Below, piece after piece: positions 57,877-64,000 of a DNA stretch of 64,000 nt. A model generated the notes under the pieces. The model made no database searches. It had not been told where the DNA came from and saw nothing but the letters and a program-made list of their open reading frames with translations. A program made the position numbers and the translations under genes. Position 1 is the stretch's first letter, and each line of letters opens with the position of its first letter. The stretch is from an uncultured Gammaproteobacteria bacterium (GTDB taxonomy: Bacteria > Patescibacteriota > Microgenomatia > UBA10105 > UBA927), in NCBI GenBank assembly GCA_964621305.1, contig CAZUOM010000005.1:18647-82646 (forward strand), written 5' to 3'.

Positions 57877-59464
57877 GAGCAACTACACCAAGTGCTAACA
57901 ATCCAACAATTGAAAACCGCAGTCCAACTCGCGTTGCACGGTCAATCGCTTCGCGTTCTTTGGTAATATCAGGAGATCCAAAAGATTTAAGTTGCTCAAT
58001 CGAAATGTTTCGGAAATCAACTCCGGTCGGATCTTTGCTATTTGGATTTATAAAATCACGATATTTCTGCAACACTAACGATGCATACCCATCATATGAG
58101 GGAATGTGATAGAGCATGTTGAGGTTTGGGCGAAGGATTTTAGCTTGCCAAGATGTTTCTGCGGCAACATCAATAAAAGGTTTCCCTTTTGCATACGGAT
58201 TGGGAAAAGTCTTCTGGTCGACTAGAATTCGACCTTGATCGTCTAGTTTTTGCGCTGTGACCTTTGCGTCAGCGAGCCAGTCGGCAACCTGCGCCTCCGG
58301 AACCGTTAAAAGATTATTTCTGCTAAACAAAAATAATTCTGCAAAAATTATGATGATGATTAACTTCTGGATAAATTTTTTTTGAACCAGCTGTTGAGCG
58401 CTAAATCCGGCAAGTATGGCAATAGAAAATGTATAAAGCAGAAGGAAGTGTTGAGGGGACCGAAAATAAGAAAGACCGGGCAGCACATGGTAGGCAACCC
58501 AGTATACTGGCGTGTGTTTCCCAAGTGCCAACATAAAAGAAATGATTGCAGTAAAAACAAAAAACCGTACCGCGCTTTTTTTTCGTGGAGCAAAAAGCGC
58601 CAGAAGTAAGGCCAGTACGCCAACATAACCATATACACTCCCGCCCTGTGCTAGCACAAATCCTTCTGAAAGGTTTCCAACGATGTTGGGTATAATCAAA
58701 CGAGCCACAGACAGAGGGTGGAGTGAGTCAAATGTCGCGTACCTATAATCTCCGTTGAACCGCGTTGAAAGCCGTACAAACTCGAGAAACGGAATTGTCT
58801 GGACGGCAGTAAGAAGAAAAATTAACGAAATAAGAATGATAAATTGTTTTATAAAGGTCTCACCCTGTATTCTGACAGGGTGAGACCTTGTCAAGAGCCA
58901 AAGCAAATACACACAGACAAAGAGCCATGTAAGGTACGTTAGCTGAGGATGCCCTGAGACAATCTGTAGCGACGCAAATAATACTCCTACTATTAAATTT
59001 TTGCTCACTCCCCACAAAACCCATGGCAGAAGCGACGCCACCTGAATCATCGGCGCGTTATTGGTGTACACCACCATCGTGCCGGAAAAACCGAAGACAA
59101 TCGCAGCAACAAAGCTGCCGAAGGGTGAAACTTTAAGAGACCGAGCAAAAAGGTAGATACCCACAAGTGCGATCATGAAGTTAAGAATGATTCCCCACGT
59201 TAACGCTCCAAATGGCGACACCGATGCGTACAGAATGTTAAGCGGATACAGAAGAGCATTGTTAATATCAGCAAAAAACGGCGTGCCGGAAAAAATGTAC
59301 GGGTTCCAAAGTGGAAATCTACCCTGTTTGAGCTCTTCTATTAAATAGACTTTGGCGGGAACGTTAATAAGGAAGTTGTCGCAGCAATAGATAACGCGGT
59401 TAAGAAATAATTCGCGATAAAAGAAAATTGCGATTAAAACAATAAACAATATTATCGATCGCAT
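57842..59464 (-). CDS. YfhO-family membrane protein (putative membrane glycosyltransferase)
   Basis: 540 aa; N-terminal GRFPLWNPYIFSGTPFFADINNALLYPLNILY matches the YfhO signature; carries an in-frame 36-nt palindromic element. Confidence 0.6.
   Translation of the reverse strand: MRSIILFIVLIAIFFYRELFLNRVIYCCDNFLINVPAKVYLIEELKQGRFPLWNPYIFSGTPFFADINNALLYPLNILYASVSPFGALTWGIILNFMIALVGIYLFARSLKVSPFGSFVAAIVFGFSGTMVVYTNNAPMIQVASLLPWVLWGVSKNLIVGVLFASLQIVSGHPQLTYLTWLFVCVYLLWLLTRSHPVRIQGETFIKQFIILISLIFLLTAVQTIPFLEFVRLSTRFNGDYRYATFDSLHPLSVARLIIPNIVGNLSEGFVLAQGGSVYGYVGVLALLLALFAPRKKSAVRFFVFTAIISFMLALGKHTPVYWVAYHVLPGLSYFRSPQHFLLLYTFSIAILAGFSAQQLVQKKFIQKLIIIIIFAELFLFSRNNLLTVPEAQVADWLADAKVTAQKLDDQGRILVDQKTFPNPYAKGKPFIDVAAETSWQAKILRPNLNMLYHIPSYDGYASLVLQKYRDFINPNSKDPTGVDFRNISIEQLKSFGSPDITKEREAIDRATRVGLRFSIVGLLALGVVALTSVRERKISR
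58854..58889. repeat. 36-nt palindromic element (AAGGTCTCACC...GGTGAGACCTT) inserted in-frame (12 codons: RSHPVRIQGETF) in the YfhO-like gene
   Basis: aaggtctcaccctgtattctgacagggtgagacctt; 14-bp perfect arms; same termini and length as 6425..6460. Confidence 0.6.
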
Positions 59465-59466
59465 AT

Positions 59467-60963
59467 TTAAAAAATTAGGATTGTATCAGCGACAACGTCT
59501 TTAATTTTATCTTTGTGAAATTGTTGTTGCGTCGAAAACCCACACTGGTACCAGTTTGTGGCGCTGATAGCGATTAAGCGACTACCGGAATTCTTTGGTA
59601 AGTCAATCTCGTGAAATGCACAGATTTCTTCAAACTTGTGGCTTCCGTATGGTCTGTTACTGATCAGACCGTATAGGTTCCCGTTGTCACGGCCAAAATA
59701 GGAAAAAGACGCGTGTTCTGGTTTTTTTTTGTCGATATATCGTTTTAAGTCAGGCAGGCTCTGTCCCCAATCTAGGTTGCTGTCATTAAGTTTTTCAAAG
59801 CGTTTGTCCCGGGGGCCAGCCAGTTCATTGGCATAGGAAATAAAATTGGGAAACTGTACGAGGGTCCCGACTATGTACCAGATGAGCAAAAGCAAGATCC
59901 CTAATTTCATATATTTCCCCTTAACTTCCCCTATCGCCCTCCCGGCAACAATTGCCAGAAACGGAAGAGACGGTATGACATACCGTACCCACGGCTGTAG
60001 CGGGACAAGCGAAGAAATACTAATAATTACGGCAGCCGGTATAAAAAAAAGCAAAACTTTCTTACTACGCAATCCTAGAACTATAAAAATCAAAAATGGA
60101 ATTGGAGTTTTCAAAATAAAATTAACGGGAAGTTCGTACAAGCTGTGCTTAGCTTTTTGAGTAGAACGGACAAGAGAATTTTTTATGGTCGCCAGATAAT
60201 TGCCCAGTGGAATTGGTTGGACAGACGCGACAAGAATTAAATTTCTTAACAGTGAATTGTTTGTCTGCATAATCCTACTCGATACTCTATTGGGGTCTTG
60301 ACGCTGGGCTACAACAACGTCACTTCTAAAAGAATATGTTAACCAAATTGTTAAAACTGACACCATACATGCAACGATTATTTTCCCCCACTGTAACTTT
60401 CTAAAATTCACTATCGATATGATTGCAATTGATATAGGTAGAAATATGAGAGATTGAATTCTTGACGCAAACGCAAAACCGGAAGCAATTCCCAAAAATA
60501 GTGCGTTTCGAAATGAGTGCCGCCTGAGAAACTCCAAAAATACGAGATACGCATGGAAAATAAAAAATGCCGCTCCGACGTCTAGCGTCACATAATGGCT
60601 GTGAGCCAAAAACGTCGGCTCAAATGACAACAATAAGGCAGCCAGAAGCGCGCTATTTTGTCCAAAATATCTTTTAGTAGTAAGGTAAACAAGAATAACT
60701 AGTAATGTGGCCAGGGCTACGATAACCAACCGTGCCGGGAGAGTTCCTTCGATACCCATTACAAACGGTATTGCTGCAAGTTCACGGACTAAAGGCGGAT
60801 TATTGGTGTCAATGGCGAATGTATGATTGACAAGATGGTTGTATCCTTCCTGCAAGTGAACTATTTCGTCATATGTAAGCGACTCACGAAGTGCGCTGCC
60901 GGTTGTTAAAACGATAAAACAGACGACAATAATAAAGAAAATCTTCATTTCAAAAGTGACCAA
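59467..60963 (-). CDS. GT-C fold glycosyltransferase (PMT/ArnT-like, GT39/GT83-type)
   Basis: 498 aa; first extracytoplasmic loop carries the DE motif (LTYDEIVHLQEG) after TM1; >=10 TM helices. Confidence 0.55.
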   Translation of the reverse strand: MVTFEMKIFFIIVVCFIVLTTGSALRESLTYDEIVHLQEGYNHLVNHTFAIDTNNPPLVRELAAIPFVMGIEGTLPARLVIVALATLLVILVYLTTKRYFGQNSALLAALLLSFEPTFLAHSHYVTLDVGAAFFIFHAYLVFLEFLRRHSFRNALFLGIASGFAFASRIQSLIFLPISIAIISIVNFRKLQWGKIIVACMVSVLTIWLTYSFRSDVVVAQRQDPNRVSSRIMQTNNSLLRNLILVASVQPIPLGNYLATIKNSLVRSTQKAKHSLYELPVNFILKTPIPFLIFIVLGLRSKKVLLFFIPAAVIISISSLVPLQPWVRYVIPSLPFLAIVAGRAIGEVKGKYMKLGILLLLIWYIVGTLVQFPNFISYANELAGPRDKRFEKLNDSNLDWGQSLPDLKRYIDKKKPEHASFSYFGRDNGNLYGLISNRPYGSHKFEEICAFHEIDLPKNSGSRLIAISATNWYQCGFSTQQQFHKDKIKDVVADTILIF

Positions 60964-61970
60964 TAAAGATGCTTAAGTTTCTTTGCTCCGATAGAAATAT
61001 CATGAACCGCAACCGCTCGCTCGCGTGCCTTTTGACCGTACAAAGAGCGTAGTTTCTCATCAAGAATAAATCTTTTGACTGCGCGCGCTATCGCCGAGAC
61101 ATCTCCTGGGTCAACGAGGACCGCCGCATCGCCAACATTTTCCGGAATTCCACCGGTCTTCGTCGTCACGATCGGCAAGCCGCTCGCCTGCGCCTCCAAA
61201 AGCGCGGTATTGTATTGCTCCTCCCAGGTTGGAATCGGCTTTGAAGGGGCAACAAAAATATCAGCTTCTTGATAAATAGCCGGCATTTCTTCGTATGACT
61301 TTTGCCCGGTGACGTAAAGAAAACGAGCGTGATGCAGTTTCAAAATTTTTTCTGCGGCCATTAGATCAAAAATTCCTTTTTCTTCTACTGCTCTACCGAC
61401 AAAAAGAATCGTCAAGATCTTGCGATCTTTTTTAACAGGATAAAACCGTTTTGTGTCAACGAAATGTGAAATTACGCTAATTTTTTTTGGGTCTGCGCCT
61501 TCTACAAGAAGCGCTTCTTTCGTTTTATTAGTCAACGCAATAATGTGGTCCAGTTCTTTTCTAGCGCGTTTCTTAAAAGCCTTCCTACCGCAAATCCTCT
61601 CATTATTAAATGGAATGTTTTCTAAAACCGTTGCAATTAATTTTGATTTACCACGGGCGTCCAGACATTGCTGCGTACACCGAAAATATGTTTCTGCCGT
61701 GTGGATAATGTCAAAATCACGTAGTTTATTTTCCAATCCCCAAAGATAGTGCGCATCAACAAACAAACGGTTTAAAACCGCCATTTTATACGGGAACTCC
61801 GGCATATCCATCGGCGAGGCAAGCTTAACTACCGGAAAAGCAAATCGGTCGTGATAGGGAGTAAGCGATCCAAAAGCAGTAATGTCAAAATCTTTTACGA
61901 GCGGCTCGAAAAACTGCATTTCATACCGATTGAGAAATTTTCCGCGAACAATTGCTATTTTAGGCTTCAT
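60945..61970 (-). CDS. family 4 (GT-B) glycosyltransferase
   Basis: 341 aa; C-terminal EX7E-type motif region (EEQYNTALLEAQASGLPIVTTKTGGIPE). Confidence 0.8.
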   Translation of the reverse strand: MKPKIAIVRGKFLNRYEMQFFEPLVKDFDITAFGSLTPYHDRFAFPVVKLASPMDMPEFPYKMAVLNRLFVDAHYLWGLENKLRDFDIIHTAETYFRCTQQCLDARGKSKLIATVLENIPFNNERICGRKAFKKRARKELDHIIALTNKTKEALLVEGADPKKISVISHFVDTKRFYPVKKDRKILTILFVGRAVEEKGIFDLMAAEKILKLHHARFLYVTGQKSYEEMPAIYQEADIFVAPSKPIPTWEEQYNTALLEAQASGLPIVTTKTGGIPENVGDAAVLVDPGDVSAIARAVKRFILDEKLRSLYGQKARERAVAVHDISIGAKKLKHLYWSLLK

Positions 61971-63505
61971 AATCTACTTTTCCATATTGTAATTGATTTT
62001 TTCTCAAAATATTTATCGTAAGAATAAGAAGAAAAGTCCGCGCCCGTAGATCCAAGAATATATTTAGGTCTAACTGTGTTTAAAGCTGAAAAATCATATC
62101 CATCACCATTTTCATTTATAAAGCTTGGTGCGCTTTTTGGTTTCCAACCGTAGTAATAATTGATTATTGGAATATGTTCACCTACCAAATACCACTGCAT
62201 ACAACAAACAAAGGAAGCAACGTAATACTCCGATGGGTCTCGACTGCGAAGATCTCTAATAACTGACTCGGCATATTCACGTTTTTGTTCAAAGCTTCGC
62301 ACCCAAATTGGGAGTGTTACGACGAAAGTCCATGCAACAGCCAAAGCAAGTAAAACGTAACTAAATCGCCGACTCCACTTTTCCGCACAAAGCATAATGA
62401 GTGCTATCATAACCGGTGTGACAACCATAAACATCCGCTGCGGGACCCGAAAAATATCCACTTGGGGAATAAGCTGAAAAAGCCAGTAGAACGGAGAATA
62501 GGGATGGCGGAGAGAAATATAGAATGCGCCAGTAGCAAGAATAATTAAAAGCAATCTCACCTGAAACTTCCCCCAAATCTTTGGTAGTTTCCAAAGAAAC
62601 ACAAACGGTAAGGGGCTAATGAATGCAAAGTACTCGTACCAGTTAAAATGAAATCCTAAAAGCTTCTGAAGTATCGGCGTGTCGTAGAAAGATGTTTGAA
62701 GAGGCACAAGAAAAGGCAGAAAAAAGAAAATAATATGAATAGAACCGGCAAAAGGATCAATAGGAAAAAGCCGCGCCAAATTAGGATAAACATCGGCAAT
62801 CATTGGAATTAGTATTATGCCGGAAAATAAAATAAATAAAACTAAGATTAAAATTATGCGCCGAATTTTATAAAAATTTATAATTAAAAAAATAGTTAAA
62901 GTAAGCCATAAGGCATACACATCACCGGAAAAAAGTATCAAAGTCCAAGCCAAAGAAATAATAAATACGTTGTGTTTAAAAAGGCCAGTGAAAAACAACG
63001 GTAATAGCGGATACGAAAGAACTTTCTCAATATGGCCGCTAGCTACTCGCGCTGCTAAAGCGCCGCTAAAAGCATATAGCAGAGATCCGAATATGCGAAA
63101 CCAGACAGAAATAGCCAAAAACTTGAGCATCCACCACATCCCAATCGCTGACGTAAGAAGACTCAGAAGAAAGACAACGTACATACCGCTCTCAACGCCA
63201 AAAATGAGGACGGGCACGGTGAAAAACGGGTTGAGTATGGAAAGTAAGGGATCTCCAATTATCGGTATCCCAGTTGAAACGTACGGATTCCAAGTGGGAA
63301 AGCGGCCGGTTGTACGAACTGTTTCTACTATAAACCGGTAAACAGGCAGGTTGCTATCATAATCCGTATCGAGCCGGAGCATTTTTCCTTGAGTAAGTAG
63401 AAAAAACGGAAGGAAAAAAGCCAGAACGCCAAAAAAAAGAAAAAGGATTTCGCGCCGTGCGTTCATTGTATAAGCGACAGAACCGAAGTTGCCATTTTGG
63501 TCCAA
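61967..63505 (-). CDS. second YfhO-like polytopic membrane protein
   Basis: 512 aa; GRFPTWNPYVSTGIPIIGDPLLSILNPF matches the YfhO signature; >=12 TM helices. Confidence 0.5.
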   Translation of the reverse strand: MDQNGNFGSVAYTMNARREILFLFFGVLAFFLPFFLLTQGKMLRLDTDYDSNLPVYRFIVETVRTTGRFPTWNPYVSTGIPIIGDPLLSILNPFFTVPVLIFGVESGMYVVFLLSLLTSAIGMWWMLKFLAISVWFRIFGSLLYAFSGALAARVASGHIEKVLSYPLLPLFFTGLFKHNVFIISLAWTLILFSGDVYALWLTLTIFLIINFYKIRRIILILVLFILFSGIILIPMIADVYPNLARLFPIDPFAGSIHIIFFFLPFLVPLQTSFYDTPILQKLLGFHFNWYEYFAFISPLPFVFLWKLPKIWGKFQVRLLLIILATGAFYISLRHPYSPFYWLFQLIPQVDIFRVPQRMFMVVTPVMIALIMLCAEKWSRRFSYVLLALAVAWTFVVTLPIWVRSFEQKREYAESVIRDLRSRDPSEYYVASFVCCMQWYLVGEHIPIINYYYGWKPKSAPSFINENGDGYDFSALNTVRPKYILGSTGADFSSYSYDKYFEKKSITIWKSRL

Positions 63506-64000
63506 GAAAAGTCTTTGGCTCTCTTTAACCCCTTTGTGATTAGTTCTTCTCTTAATAAATCATCTGACGATATTCTCTTCATTGCACTGGCTAATTTATC
63601 TTCCTCAACAACTAATCCGGCATTCCCGATAATTTCCGGCATTGCTCCAACATTAGTAGCAACGACAGGACATCCGCAGGCCATTGCCTCAACAATGGGC
63701 AAACAAAATCCTTCCCAAAGAGATGGAACTACTAAAGCGGTCGCTCCACGATAATATTTCAGTAACTCTTTGTCGGGAACAAAACCCAATTTCTTAACAC
63801 CGTTAATTATTTTTATTTCTGGATCCAACCAATAGTCGCCGCCGATCAATAAAAGATCATAAGATTTGGAAAAATTTGCGAAACTCTTTATCAACGCCGG
63901 GATATTTTTACCGCGCTTGAGTGCGCCTACAAAAAGAAAATAAGGCTTTTTAGATTTATATTTTTCTCCGATTGGATTGAAAAGCTTATCGACTCCCGGA
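63463..64000 (-). CDS. family 4 glycosyltransferase, 5'-truncated at the window edge
   Basis: GT4 C-terminal motifs (EGFCLPIVEAMACGCPVVATNVGAMPEII); the frame stays open upstream of the listed TTG start (…YFLFVGALKRGKNIPALIKSF…) to position 64000. Confidence 0.7.
   Translation of the reverse strand, partial: PGVDKLFNPIGEKYKSKKPYFLFVGALKRGKNIPALIKSFANFSKSYDLLLIGGDYWLDPEIKIINGVKKLGFVPDKELLKYYRGATALVVPSLWEGFCLPIVEAMACGCPVVATNVGAMPEIIGNAGLVVEEDKLASAMKRISSDDLLREELITKGLKRAKDFSWTKMATSVLSLIQ

Overview
The 64-kb window is densely packed, and nearly all genes are on the minus strand in long housekeeping operons; it looks like a small-genome, possibly CPR/Patescibacteria-like bacterium (inference).

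- **Order of genes along the window:**
  - gluconeogenic/glycolytic operon: archaeal-type FBP aldolase/phosphatase, gpmI, eno, ppsA, bifunctional PGI/PMI, IMPase-family, PGM/PMM
  - short holA-like, an HExxH protein, a NUDIX hydrolase, a small beta-barrel protein, dinB
  - tRNA-Glu, a CofE-like gamma-glutamyl ligase, tRNA-Lys, rplS
  - guaB-purA-purB-pyrG
  - a small odd-composition island: MazG-like protein, frameshifted C39-like peptidase, a hypothetical, a Zn-ribbon transposase-like remnant, and a 475-bp non-coding gap
  - pyrE-pyrF-pyrC, an SdhA/NadB-family flavoprotein, pyrB-carB-carA
  - tandem terminators, a CBS protein, and the complete F1Fo ATP synthase operon (atpZ-B-E-F-H-A-G-D-C, with a truncated delta)
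  - a divergent coiled-coil protein built from 21-bp tandem repeats
  - dnaE, a HEPN/MNT pair, a GGDEF cyclase, gatBAC, an AT-rich orphan, gatD-murT, htpX-lemA-polX
  - tRNA-Asp, a LysM protein, tRNA-Gly, tRNA-Thr
  - a surface-glycosylation cluster: GT2, two GT4, a GT-C, two YfhO-like proteins, an O-antigen-ligase-like protein, and an Ig-like surface protein
- **Not found:** no CRISPR array and no rRNA.
- **Most notable observations:**
  - The HEPN/MNT module is bracketed by 75-bp direct repeats (42206..42280 and 43027..43101) that both encode the first 25 codons of dnaE and differ only at 7 synonymous sites, the footprint of an integration or recombination event.
  - MITE-like palindromic elements with 12-bp terminal inverted repeats are inserted in-frame inside murT, and a second palindromic family has one intergenic copy and one in-frame copy inside a YfhO-like gene.
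  - Several in-frame microsatellites sit inside essential genes.
  - An SdhA/NadB-like flavoprotein sits inside the pyrimidine operon where pyrD would be expected.
  - The rplS 3' end overlaps tRNA-Lys on the same strand.
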